Notes: generated by a model from the sequence alone, not told the origin. Positions 51,636-63,767 are shown, numbered from the whole stretch's first letter. The stretch is DNA of 63,949 nucleotides, filler included, from Klebsormidium nitens (GCA_000708835.1; 8 parts of 8 records of this genome joined end to end with filler, not necessarily neighbours in it), one strand, 5' to 3'. Numbers and translations are program-made.

Positions 51636-51790
51636 GGCCTGTGTGAGTGAGGTTCCAAAAATCTCTCGCACCTTTTTCCGGAAAAAGCTCTTAAGGGGAG
51701 ACCATTTGAGGACTCAGTCTAGGCCTGTGTGAGTCCAATTGCGAAAATTTCTCGCACTCTTTTCCGAAAAGATCTCTAAAGGGGAGACCA
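51636..51790 (+). repeat. Pair of ~70-bp direct repeats (GGCCTGTGTGAGT...AAAAT.TCTCGCAC..TTTTCCG...AAGGGGAGACCA)
   Basis: Two copies near 51636 and 51722, adjacent to the minisatellite; possibly a transposon subterminal region. Confidence 0.6.
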
Positions 51791-53754
51791 CGCACCCGGA
51801 TCAGCCCGAAATTGTCCCGCCCAGCTTTTTGAAAATCCTGTGAAGCTGCCTACGTCACGGTGCTCTGGCGCTCAATGGCGGTAGAAAACAGAGGCAAGGT
51901 GCTGAGCTGGCAATTGGCGAGCAATGGCGGTCCATGGCTGCCTACAGACGGCCTGCATGACGGCCAGCCCTTTGTTCAAACAGAGTATGAAGCTTGCAAT
52001 CGCAAAAGCGGAAGCCAAAGTAAAGCAGGAGCCAGAAGCGGAAGCCAGAGGCAACAGAGAGCAGGGAACCTGTAGGGGACAAGGTGAGTCCTTCATTGCC
52101 GCTCTCGCGCATGCTACGTGTTCGGTTGTTCTGACGTTGATCTAGCGCTTGCTGTGAAGCGCGCTTCGGCGCTAGCTACAGGGCTGATTTCATAGAAGCT
52201 GGGGGCCTTTTTTCTGGGCCTGTTCTTCTCCAGGCTGCTTTTGGGGGGCTGGTTTTAGGGCTTTCGGGGGTAAGCTGTTCAGGCAGTAGGTGCCAAGCTG
52301 GTTCCTTGCCTCTGCCGGGGGGCCGATTTCGCTGCTTGCGCTGATCGCAGACTTGCGGGCTTTCAACCTGGAAGATGGGGTAGATTTAGGGGCTGGTTTT
52401 GGGGTGTGGGGAAAGTGATTGACGCTCATTTGCGTCTGTCGGAGGGGCCAATTTTGCTGCAGATTGCAGACTTGTTTGGGTCTGTTTGAAGCCTGCTTGA
52501 AGTCGGTGCTAAATTGGTGCTTTTTGCAAAACGGATGTAGTGTCTGCTGGGGGCTGATCGTGGGCTGTTTTGCAGACCTTCTTGTGGCTGATGCTTGGTG
52601 CAACTTAGGGGGCTGATTTATTGGGTATGCCGGGAGCTGATGGGAGGCTTGTTGTTGGCCCCAAATTGTGTATGCCTTGAGGGATGGTTGCGTCGAACAC
52701 CACACCCGCTTTGCCTGATAAACAAAGCAACCTAGGTCTGCTGGCCCGAAGCTGTTTTTTGGCGCTGGCTTGCTCTGCCCCACTGCTGTGGTCTTGATGC
52801 ATGAGGACTGACCCCGTGCTTTCAAGTGCAGCTCAGCAGCGGTGGTAGGGGAGGAAGCGCCTAGTCCTCTCTAAAGGAGATCAGGAGCGGAAAGGTGAGG
52901 ACAGCCGCAGGTTGCCTTTCGTGCGTCCTCAAACCCAGATCGAGTGTTTGAGAGGCCAAAAACAAAGCCAGATTTGCCATTTGCTTCTGTGGTAGGCGGC
53001 ACCCCGCCGCACCCCGCCGCTGCCGCGGAGGCCCCTCCGGGAGGCCGCTGCCGCGGCGGCTTCCCTTCTTTCTGCTTATATCTCGTTCATTTGCCCAATC
53101 AATGTAGAGCGCACATCAAGATGCATGCATAAAGGTTGAGCAGACGTTTGCTCGAGGCAGCTGATGTCTGCTAACGCCTGCGGTAGAATTTCAGCACCTT
53201 GCGAAAGAGCTCTGCCTCACAGCGTTGTACTCTTGCAGGCCATGGTCGAAGGGGATGGTCCACCATCGAGAGGGTTGCAGCTGGTCCTCCCCTCCCAGCT
53301 GAAATGCATCTTTCGACGCTCAGCAGTGCAGCAGGGCAAGGGGGCTTGTCTCCGATTCGCGTATCCTGCCGGGGGGCCGCCTGTCAGGTCCATTCCCAGC
53401 GCTGGTCAACGCTCACGTTGCTCAATGCATGCATGTCGGTTGTATGACAAGGGAAGCTTGCAAGCAGGTTAGTTCCTTCGTCGATTGCACTTCAGTCTTT
53501 CAGTGCCTGGCCTGAAGCTTGCTCTCAATCTGCAGAGGAACCCTCCTATAAGCCCACGAGTCCCACTTATGTCAAGGTGCGCACTCCAGAGGAGATTGAG
53601 GCCACGCGGGCAGCGAGCGACAAGAGACAAAGGACCGGTGATCCGTTGCATTTTCGGGAGGGCTTCTTCGAGCCTGGGCAGCCCAGCGCACACGAGCACC
53701 AGGTATGATTTTATGCTTGGGCTTGGACTCAGATTGCAGCCAACCGCTCCACAC

Positions 53755-54265
53755 ATAATGCTTGCTGCAATCGATAGCGTGGAGTGTCCAAGCTGTCAAA
53801 GCCGTCCAAGCATTTTCCGAAAATCATTGGGAGTGATTATTCCTGATGACCGGCCATTCCACCTATAATGCTGGCTGTAATCGATAGGACCCTGTTCAAA
53901 ATCTTCCGAGCTTTGGCGGATTTTTTTTTTGAGTGACCAAGGACGATTTCAGCAGCCAACTATCCCCCCTAGAATGCTGGCTGTAATCGACAGCACAGAC
54001 CCCCCGTCCAAGTGTCCGAGCTTTGGCGCAAACTGTTTTAAGTACATTCTTGCTGACCTCTGCAGCTGACCATTCCACATAGACTTTGTTTTCATCATTG
54101 ATAGCGCAGACACCTTGTCCAGGTGTCCAAGCTTCGGCGCAAACTTTCCTGGCGACCAGTTCTGATGACGTCAGCTTTCGGCCATGCCACCTGGAATGCT
54201 TGCTGTAGTCGATGGCACGGGTCCTTGTCCAAGGTGTCCAAGCTTTTGTGCAAACTTTCGCTCAA
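53755..54265 (-). repeat. Five degenerate ~110-bp tandem units containing TTGGACA-x-x-TGGACA motifs
   Basis: The anchor AATGCTGGCTGTAATCGA, or a close variant, occurs at 53757, 53867, 53973 and 54195, with a degenerate copy near 54088. The minus frame reads recurring KVCAKAWTxGQGVCAIDYSxH. Confidence 0.7.
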
Positions 54266-55063
54266 TGGACAGCGGCTCGTGCAATCGAACACAGTCATCA
54301 GCCTTGGAGTAAGAGCAAGTCGGTCAAGTTGTCAGCCTTGGCGCTGTCAAGGCTTTAACACATATCCAAGATGCATGCAACCACATATAGTCGTTCCTCA
54401 TGTATATGAAGCTATGGTAGCGGGCTTTCAAACAACACTGTTGCGTCCGTGCCACATAGCGCTGTCTGGTATCTTTTAATAAGTGTTCAAACAGTAAACA
54501 GCATGAGCTCGATGTTCCTGTATGATGCATGTGTCGCATCAATGATTGACATTGTTGCAAGCAATTGATCAATCCTTCCGGCCATACATGCAGCTCATCC
54601 ACTGATTTGCCGTAGCTCATCCTTGTGCACTGGAAACCAAGTAGGTTGTGGCGCCGTGGCAGGTGCACCAGGATGCAAAGATAGCATGTGCAAGCAAGTG
54701 GACGAGGTGCGTTTAGGTACTGCTGCGCAATCTTTGAAGGGGTCAACCATGCCACATAATCCTCATTGCAGACTCTACCATGTCCAATCTCATCACTGAA
54801 TCTGCTATGTCCAATCTCAAGTGAGAGCACCAGCTGAAAAGCGCTTGATACTTCGATGTATTCCGTTTACACCTTGTCCAAACAGGTGGGACTCTCGCCG
54901 ATATTTACATTGGCCGCTCTTTATCAAATTAAAGCTCTGTACAACCGGCTTGCGAACGGACCCGTGCAAGATCAATCTTTGTCTAGCAAGCAATGAGTGT
55001 CGGACCAAGAGCCTAGTTTTTCGAAGTCAATGTGTGTGCTTCTCAAATCTTGCCGTAACATCA

Positions 55064-57877
55064 TCACCCAAATCCGGCCGCGACCACCTTGGCCCACAGG
55101 TGCGCTTGCTCGATTATTGGTCGATTGAGCTTTACCCACCCCCGGATAGATTGCTCTTGCCGCCTGTCAGCAAATTGATGACCAGCAAACTTGGGGATGA
55201 TCTTGTCCGCGAGGGTGCACACTAGGAACGGGGCGTCCTTACTAACACCCCTGTTGTAGGACCGCTCTCTCGTATCTGCACCCCAAGCTGCGTGCACGAA
55301 TTCGAACGCGCACGGGCACCCCTCAGGCTGGCCGTCTTCTTTGGTCAGAGCCATCCCGGGGCCGCCGCTGCTTCCGTACGCGGTGGATGCCGTATGCTTG
55401 ACAGTCTGTGAGTTGGTCGAGATGAGCTCCCCAAAGCTCATGGACTTCCGCAGCGGCTTGAGGCAGTTCTGCAATCCAAATCAAAAGCACAAGTGGTGTC
55501 AAGACAGTTTTCGCTAACCAACTGATGCTCAAGACTCCAGTTCTGAAGCTGAGCCGTCGCTGACGCAAGGAGCGCTCAAAACAAACCCTGCATTAAACAC
55601 ACAGGAGCAATAAGCAGGACCCTGTGAACTCCTCCGAGCAGCCCTCTGTCTGGATGCACAATCTGCACGCTTATTCTGATGACAACGAAAGCTTGTGGTA
55701 TTTTCTAACCCTGCTATGCATAGCCCTCTGCAGCAATCTAGCCCTCTACAGCAATCTGCAGTAGGCTGGTGTTCAACCAGGCCTACTAACTGCTTGCGAA
55801 TTGCTTTTCAAAGATTGAAACAAACGTCCCCAACCTAGTTGCCAGGATTCTGACCAAATCCTTCAACGGCACCATTCTCTGAGTTGAAAATCAAACTGCA
55901 GAGCAGCCTCTTGCACAGCCTCTTGCACGATCGTCTCCTGAGCAAGAACAGCTGGCACCCACCGCACGAGAGCAAGGTTTTGGAAAATCCATCCTTTGAG
56001 GGCTCGTAAACCTGTTTATCCCAACAGGCAAACAACGCATGCAATCCGTGAAGCACTTCAACAAGAGACCCTGCGTGCTCCGTCAGCTGCTTCAAACTGC
56101 CAACTTCATCGCAGTGGGCAGCTCTTGCACCTTTCCAGGGCCTTACACACAAGACTCATCCTGAAATACTGCTTAATCGCTCACCTCATTAAGCCAAAGC
56201 ACGTGCGCCGCGCGCTCCAGGGGGGTCAGTCTCTGGCCCAGGAGACTTTGCACATTGTCGAGTGTCGCCCCACCTGCAAAACGAGGGCAGATCGTCAGAG
56301 CACAAGAGCAAGAACAGCAGAGACGCGGCTGGTCAGATGCTCAATCACACCTTGGAGACATTGGAAAGGAAACAGTATGCAATCTGACCAGATTGGGCTC
56401 GGTTTTCCTCATATTGCTCTTTGCCACTCAGAACAAAAGCTCAGCCCGAGCTTGGGCGAGGGCTGGTTTCCCCATCTTACTGTCTGTTTCTCATTGACGG
56501 ATGTTGTTACATGCATGATGTGGGTCGCTTGGAGTCTCAAGGGGCTGTTGCAGGGGGCTCGGTCTGCAGTGGATACTCTTGAAGACCTTCAAGAACTGCT
56601 GAAGGGAGGGGCGGGATGACTCGACTCACCCGGGAAGTGGCCCACCGCAACGTCCAGTTTGTGTGCGAGGCCCGCTGACGGCCTTGAGCTGGGGACCAAG
56701 TAGCGCAGGTTCTGGAACTTCCCAATCTCAGAGGCCGGCCCAAGCAGCACCCTTATCAGCTGGACATCTGTGAAAGCCTCGTCGGGGGGGCATGAGCTGG
56801 GGGGGTGAAACCGGCTTCGGGTTTGCTTCTCGGGGGAAGGAGGGGGGCTTGTCGTGGAGGGGTCGATGGTGGGGTACGCTCCTGTGTCCTCCTCCCCATG
56901 AAGCTCGATAACAAACGGCCACCCGCCGCTCTTGGCATCCTCGCCGGCGAGCAAACCGGCCGAGACGTACCCGGAGTTGCTTGCCTGCTCCACCCGATAA
57001 GTGACGTGGGCGTTGGAGAGCGCATACACGCAGGCGAAGCCGTCTGCAAACAACAGGCGCTCACTGATCAACCACATGGACACGAATCGACAGGGCAGAC
57101 GCGACCTGCCAATTTGCCAGATCCAAATACCCGCAGCAAACAGTCACCCACAACACGTATTGCAATTACAGAGATTGTGACCGTTGCAACGAAGCAAAAA
57201 CGAGCGACTTCAATGTCAAGCGCCTCGCAAAGGAATTGGAAATTGATACATCGACTAGATCACAAGATCTGCGGTTACCACAAGCGACTGTTCTAATAAG
57301 GGACTGACGTCCACGTCCAGGAAGCACCAAGATCGTCACTCTGAATGGCATCTCTGGAAGCGCAAACATCAATCCCAGCATTTGCACATCCGTGTGCGAT
57401 CTCTGCACCAAGTTTAATTCCGGACGACCGTACAAGAGGATGCAGAATCTCACCTTCCACAAACGCTGGAGACACGGGGAAACATGAACCCCCATCATCA
57501 TCGTACCATCCTCCTTTAGTCAGGTTCAAGGACCACACCGGCAGCTCTGCCATGTAATTCAGGTCCAGTTGACTGTGCAGGACCCAATCTTTCTGCGACA
57601 TGAACGCCGCCTTGATAGGAATGAGGGTATGGGTATTGTCCCAGACAAGAAGAGGGCGGTATTCAGTAAGCTTCCGCCCGGCCAGTTGGTGTTTGAGAGC
57701 AGGGCTCTTGAGCATCAGCCTCTCCACCCCTCTCCTCTGCAGCCCGATGTCGTCCTCCCCCGTCAGAAGTGGCCTTGGGAAGTCCAGGTCAACATCCGAC
57801 TCAACCCCACTCTCCAGCTGCAAGCTTCCGAACAGATTCCTAACCACCGTGGAAGACCCTTCCGCTTGATCAGCCAT
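55064..57877 (-). CDS. Trypsin-like (chymotrypsin-fold) serine protease, 4 exons
   Basis: Exons 57877-57309, 57105-56630, 56273-56185 and 55471-55064 splice in frame. The triad motifs are ALSNAHV (His), FTDVQLIRV (Asp) and TASTAYGSSGGPG (Ser). Confidence 0.75.
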
Positions 57878-58139
57878 CGCGATTCGGCAGCATGCCTTTG
57901 GCCCTGGGGCGGGGTGGGGCGGTTCCCGGCGGACAGGTGACCTTTTAACCGGGACCTCGAACTCTGCTCTGACAGTGACAGCGCCCCTTCAAGTTTCTCT
58001 CCCGGAACAGCAAGCCTTGTGTGTCGTGTACCGNNNNNNNNNNNNNNNNNNNNNNNNNNNNNNNNNNNNNNNNNNNNTTAATTAATTAANNNNNNNNNNN
58101 NNNNNNNNNNNNNNNNNNNNNNNNNNNNNNNNNGTTACA

Positions 58140-58400
58140 TTGGACACTTGGACAGCCGCTGATATCCAATCGGTCTTGGGGGCTTGTCCGATTGTCCAAG
58201 GTCTAATGGACGAATGTGTGGGTGTAGTTGCTGACGTCATCGAAATGAAACCCTGATATTTTTTTGGTAAAAGCTTGGGCACTTGGACGGCCGCTGCTAT
58301 TTGGTCAATCTCGGGGCTTGTCCGATTGTCCAAAGTTTGATGGAAGAACGTGTGGGTGTAGTTGCTGACGTCATCATAGAAGTCCTGATATCTTTGTGGG
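58140..58400. repeat. Two 135-bp direct repeats, each with inverted TTGGACACTTGGAC / TTGTCCGATTGTCCAA sites (iteron-like)
   Basis: Units start at 58140 and 58275; inverted partners at 58184 and 58319. Confidence 0.8.
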
Positions 58401-58449
58401 TCAGCGCACCTGCCGCCACACATACAGCAAAACCTGCCAGCGCCAGGGG

Positions 58450-59320
58450 TGAGCGTGACTTCTTCGCTCGGAAGTCACCATTCTTTGACTTTGATTGCTC
58501 CGCAGGAAACGGGAAGGGGGTATTGAAAGAGGTGCTGCAAGCTGCCACCGGTGATTACTTTGGCGGCATGTCCAAGGATGCAGTGGTCACCGCCCCTGGC
58601 CAGAAATCTGCCTCGAAGAACGCCCCTACCAACTACATCTACGAGCTGATGGGCGTGCGGCTTGCTGTCGCCGATGAGACGGCAGAGGGAGAACGGGTGA
58701 ATTTGGGGCTCGTCCTAGGAATGACCGGGGGGGGGAAGACAAAGGCGCGTTGTCTGTATGGAAATAACGTAGAGTTCACCATCACGCACACGCCCTTTGT
58801 CCAAACGAATTATCCGCCCGCCATGTCTGCAACCGCAATCAAGGAGAACGTCCTGCGACGCCTGCGAATGATCCCGTTTCCCAACAGCTACGTGGGCGCT
58901 GACACCTTTGATCCCAACAATGCAACCCATCGCCTGAGAGACGACGGACTCAAGGGTCGCATGAAGGAGGAGGAGTCCCTTCGTTAAATGCTCTCGTGGT
59001 TAGCCCGCGGTTCGGTTGAGTGGTATGCTAGTGCAGATGGGCTCGGTCGTCCTCCTCAAGCGGTGAAGAGTGCAACACGTGAGTACGTCGGCGAGGCCGA
59101 CAAGCTGCAATTATTTCTCGACCAACATTGCAAAATTGGAGAGGGGCTTTCGACTCTGCAGGCTGAATTTGCCACCCTCTATTGCGAATACGCTTCAGAG
59201 AGGATATCCAATGAGGAATTGGCAAGAAGGATGGAAAAGAAGGGGTTCAAAAGGCTCAAGAACAACGAGACACCCCGTCAATTGTACTATCCAACGATCA
59301 GGTGCGAGTACACACTCTGA
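58450..59320 (+). pseudogene. D5-like SF3 primase-helicase, C-terminal half, with a premature stop
   Basis: Walker A SAGNGKG, Walker B RLAVADE, motif C VQTNY, LRRLRMIPF, and a winged-helix-like tail (LARRMEKKGFKR). The TAA at 58985-58987 is CAA in the duplicate copy. Confidence 0.85.
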
Positions 59321-59475
59321 TGGTCCTACGTAGAACTTGAACAAAGTAGATAGGCTCCACTCGAAAACAAAAGGATAAGTTGTGACAGGATGTCAGCAAA
59401 AAGCCCATATCAGAACAGTGACTATTGAGATTGTATAATGACGTCAACATGTTGCGGCCATGATATGTTTTCGTA

Positions 59476-60002
59476 TCAAATCTTGGACATCCGGACAGAA
59501 TTTGCTAGGCCATCTGGCCTAGTGGTTGGCAACTCTAATGAGCTTCCTCCGTATGTACCAAGCTTGCGATTTCGGCTCGGATGAGCTCCATCAATTAGGA
59601 AAAACCTAGCTGTATGCGTTAGTAACGTAATGATCTGATGTTGGTGAAATATCTCGTCGTTGAAGACAAGGTCGTAGCTTTGATTTTGCTCTGCGGGTTT
59701 TATCAGCATGCGCATAAGCCTATCATATAGCTCGCCTAGTGTAAGCGGTTGTGCCCTTGTTTGTTGCTCAGCAATCTTGCGGATCAAAAGGCATAGACCA
59801 ACACCTATGACTTCCAAGCTTCCAGTCGACAACCCAAGTCGTAGAATGCATGGATAGTACTTCACCCCAGAGCCAGCTGATAGATTCTTGCATCGAGCTA
59901 AATCAATCTCTTTATCAAAGACGTTGTCAAGATTCGACTTTGACATTTTCATCTCCATTTCCACCGGGTATTCGAGGCCAAACTCATACTTATCTTTACG
60001 AT
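59476..60002 (-). pseudogene. Paralog of the orphan at 6104-6556; 5' end in a gap, 3' end frameshifted
   Basis: FDKEIDLARCKNLSAGSGVKYYPCILRLGL...IGVGLCLLIRKI...LIKPAEQ; convergent with the D5 gene. Confidence 0.7.
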
Positions 60003-60058
60003 NNNNNNNNNNNNNNNNNNNNCGCGCAGCCAGGAGTCGGTGCGCAGTCGTGCCGTTA

Positions 60059-60318
60059 CAGCAACCCATCGCCTGAGAGATGACGGACTGAAGGGTCGCA
60101 TGAAGGAGGAGGAGTCCCTTCGTCAAATGCTCTCGTGGTTAGCCCGCGGTTCGGTTGAGTGGTATGCTAGTGCAGATGGGCTCGGTCGTCCTCCTCAAGC
60201 GGTGAAGAGTGCGACACGTGAGTACGTCGGCGAGGCCGACAAGCTGCAGTTATTTCTCGACCAACATTGCGAAATTGGAGAGGGGCTTTCGACTCTGCAG
60301 GCTGAATTTGCCACCCTC
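60059..60318 (+). repeat. Near-identical partial duplicate of D5 region 58922-59181
   Basis: GCAACCCATCGCCTGAGAG...GAATTTGCCACCCTC recurs with few substitutions, then switches abruptly to AT-rich sequence. Confidence 0.9.
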
Positions 60319-60502
60319 ATTCATACTTCCGCAAAAATAGGGGGTTGCCACGTGCCGCTATTATCCACTGATTTTTATAAAAAATTTAATAAGAATTTTA
60401 AATGCGATATTGTTTTGCGTCATGAAAGCCGTGCCCACCCATCCACCCTTTGCAAAAATCATTTTTTTTTTTTGAACATCAATTTTACGTGATTAAATAG
60501 TT

Positions 60503-60533
60503 CATTACCGCGCGCTTCAGGCGCGCGGTAATG
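60503..60533. other. Perfect 13-bp GC-rich hairpin (CATTACCGCGCGC-TTCAG-GCGCGCGGTAATG)
   Basis: Exact inverted repeat, with CTAG 12 nt downstream (60546-60549). Confidence 0.85.
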
Positions 60534-60849
60534 GTATGGTCTCACCTAGCCGTTACCACAGTCCGCGCCAGGTCTCCGCCAAACTTCTGTAGAATCTCGA
60601 TCTAGTTCTTAGGGAGGATTGATTTTGACTGGGGAGCGTGGGAAGACCATTTTTCCAAATAATTGTTTTTAATTACTCTCTTCGAAAATATTTTTAGTTT
60701 TTTGCCCTCCCCATGCTCCCCACTTATTACTTACCTCTTCCCACTCCATAACACAATAATAATAAAAGAAACAATACTCATATAGACTGAAACAGACCTA
60801 ATGAAAATTAAAAAAAAATGATTTTTAGAAATCTCTCTGAATCTGTTCA

Positions 60850-60960
60850 AGGTTCTCACAAGTCCGCACCAAGTCTGCACCTAAGTCCGCACCTAATCTT
60901 CACTTAGTCTGCACCTAATCTTCACCTAGTCTGCACCGAGTCCGCACTGAATCTGCTCAT
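60850..60960 (+). repeat. Cluster of ~11-bp repeats AGTC(C/T)GCACC
   Basis: About 9 degenerate copies just before the gap. Confidence 0.75.
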
Positions 60961-61073
60961 TATTCTCTGGGCGNNNNNNNNNNNNNNNNNNNNNNNNNNN
61001 NNNNNNNNNNNNNNNNNTTAATTAATTAANNNNNNNNNNNNNNNNNNNNNNNNNNNNNNNNNNNNNNNNNNNN

Positions 61074-61098
61074 GGCTTAACCAGTCGTAATCGTTACA
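61074..61098 (-). mobile_element. Terminus TGTAACGATTACGACTGGTTAAGCC of an element inserted in the Helitron helicase
   Basis: The helicase frame breaks right after DEMSML; the sequence is identical to 41018-41042 in inverted orientation. Confidence 0.65.
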
Positions 61099-63767
61099 TT
61101 AACATAGACATCTCGTCAATAACGATAATCTCTGCCAGCATAAGCTTAATGAATAATTCACTGGTTGAGCTGATAGGCGTCAGATATTTTCCTCTCGGGG
61201 TATGCCAAAGAGACTATGAACGGTGGTAGCCGTTCTACTGAGGCGGCATGCCGCGGCGCCCGTCGTGGCACATAAAAGCACCTTCTTACCTTCGAGCAGC
61301 CATTGTTTTACCAAGTAGCGCGTTAAAAAGGTCTTGCCAGAGCCCGGAGCTCCAGAGGTTAGATGGGAGCCTTTAGCTGTAAGAATGTCGTTCGACACAC
61401 GAGATTGACTTTCCGTCAACCTGGCATCAGTGGCATCGGCAAAGTCGTCGTGCAAACCTAGATCGAACAAACTATCCGCGTTCCAATCAGCGCGGGTTTG
61501 ACGAGCAAAATCGAGCCGTTCACTCAACGGCAGATCGTCGAGTGGTGTCAGGTCATCCATGTCAGAGATTGGGTATTTCTGCAGCATAAGGTCAACGAGA
61601 TGTTGTCTCCGCTCGTCAGTGAAAAGATTCCTTGCTGTATATTTGTCAAGATGAGCTTCGAGATCGGATTCGGTTGTTATGATCGAAAGCAGGATGCATT
61701 CATGAAAGTAGGAGCGATCGGTGTTTTCAGGAGAGATCAGATCAGCTTCATCATCAAAAGGGGTAGTTTCAAGCAGCACGTTGTAGAAATAAGCTTCAGG
61801 CTGAGCCGCAGGATGAAAATTCGTGAATCGTGTTAGATGTGGGAATTTGAAAACCAACCCGCCAAACGCGTCATGGCCTACACATTCTGCGGGCCCGTGC
61901 GCATTCTCACGTCTGACCACATAGTCTCTGAAATATTGATAGAATGTGACGTCATTCAGCGCAGACGGTCGCCCACAATATAAGTCAATCGCGGGTATGA
62001 TTGGTTTGGACGCCCAAGTAGAAAACCGGCGCGTGCGAAGCTGAGATGGAGATGAGTCGACATACGGACGGTGTCGCTGCGCTGAACAACAGGTATCTCA
62101 AGGCAAGTGAGAGCAGCCTCACAGGGGGACACCGGCCTTGCCAAGATGGCTGCAGTGAGGAGCTTGAGCTGTTGCTCCGACAAATCTTTGATTCCAAGAC
62201 GTCTCGCCAAATCAACGTCCAGATTGAGTTCTCCACTCGGCTCAGATTTGAGGGCGTATTTAAGCACGTATCCGGACCAGTTTGTCTCGGTCACCCGCTG
62301 AATGTTCATGTGGTTATTCAACAGAATCAACAAATCCGGATGATACAACACCACGTTACGGTGGTCCGTTCCAGGACGAAAATACTTCCACCTGTTGCTG
62401 ACAGGATCCATTACCGTTAAGCCGTAATGCGACTTAAAAGGATACCTAGCCTTGCACGGGCCTTCCCGAACGCTGCGTCAGGGCGGCACACATGCATCTG
62501 CTTTCGGCTTACAATGTCATACAATCGCGCGCGGAGCGGGTCACTGGGACGACATATCTGGCCAGATTCAGTAAGGTCACCCGGTATGCAAGCTAAAATT
62601 TCGTTTGCTACACGAACGACATCATCTTTATGTACCCAAAGGATAATATGAGCATGCACGGATCCTCGGGCCTGGACTTCGTATCTGATTATATAATGTA
62701 GAACTCTGCCCAACAGATGAGGCGGCGCGAAAACATACCCCCTCATAAATCGATGGAGACGTTCGTGAAACAAGCGCGCACTTTCAATTGGGGCGTCCGC
62801 TCACGAGAAAGAACTATTAAAGACGCGCAATAGCATGTCCAGCTGTTCGATTTCGGACCAACGCATATCAGAAACCTCATCAGCTGTTATCGTCAGGAAG
62901 AAGTCTGGTAAACCAAAGAACTCTACCATGCACAGCAGATCCTTAAAATGCGATGAAAACCAAGCAGGCAATCCGGCAACTCTGCCCGGTATCGAGTGCT
63001 TTATGACGTGCCTGTACAGCATGTCCTCATCGTAATGCGGGAAGCGGCGCCGTAGATTGTAGATATCCCGATCAAGGCAAACTTTGTTGCATGCAGTTGT
63101 TACAACTTTGCACTGCCGCAGTTGATACATAAACATTAAGTATGGTGGGTACAGCGTGAACACGCTGAAGCACGCTGAAAACCGCATACGTAAATAGTCA
63201 CAGAAATCGATGGAACCGTCATAGGCTCCAGTTCCAATAGGAAAAAGGAATGGGACGAGACATTGTTCCAAGGTAACAGCAGCCTGAGAGAACAATGAAT
63301 CAACCCCAAGGCCGTCGACCCACACGTCAAGATTAAATGGAGCTCTATTAGGATCTGATCGCAGCACGGGTTGCCCAGGTTGAAACAGCATGTTCTCTCT
63401 CAGATGAGGATCGAGAGCCTTGCGATGTACAGGAGTTACAATCGACAATAATCGTCGGGAAGCATCAGCGGCCATGTGATCTACAGGGCTCCGGTCTCGC
63501 GGAGAGCTCACAATTCGTTCGATTACTCTCGCAGGAAGAAGGCATATGCCTAAATCAGGATGCGACAAGTTCTCGATATTACAGAGGTACTTCTGGATCA
63601 TAGGATTGTGTTGTAGGTTGTGGTTGAGAATCAGCTGGGTGGCCTCCCTCAACGACACTTGAAAATCAGTCAAGGAAGACGCCGGGTTGATAACAAATGG
63701 ACTGTCAAGAAGGGAAGCCTGTTGCAAGCTTCCATGCACAAATCCACGAAAACGTCTAAACGTATAC
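61099..63767 (-). mobile_element. Helitron-type Rep/PIF1 helicase gene, frameshifted and truncated at both ends
   Basis: HUH Rep motifs PDFFLTITA, YEVQARGSVHAHIILW and YVLKYALK; SF1 helicase motifs SGAPGSGKT, LLCATTGAAA, TTVHSLFGIP and IIVIDEMSML; split over four ORFs. Confidence 0.9.

Noticed and set aside
52190-52825. 211-aa Q/P/K-rich ORF
   Set aside because: Low complexity, non-ATG start and no recognisable motif; insufficient support.
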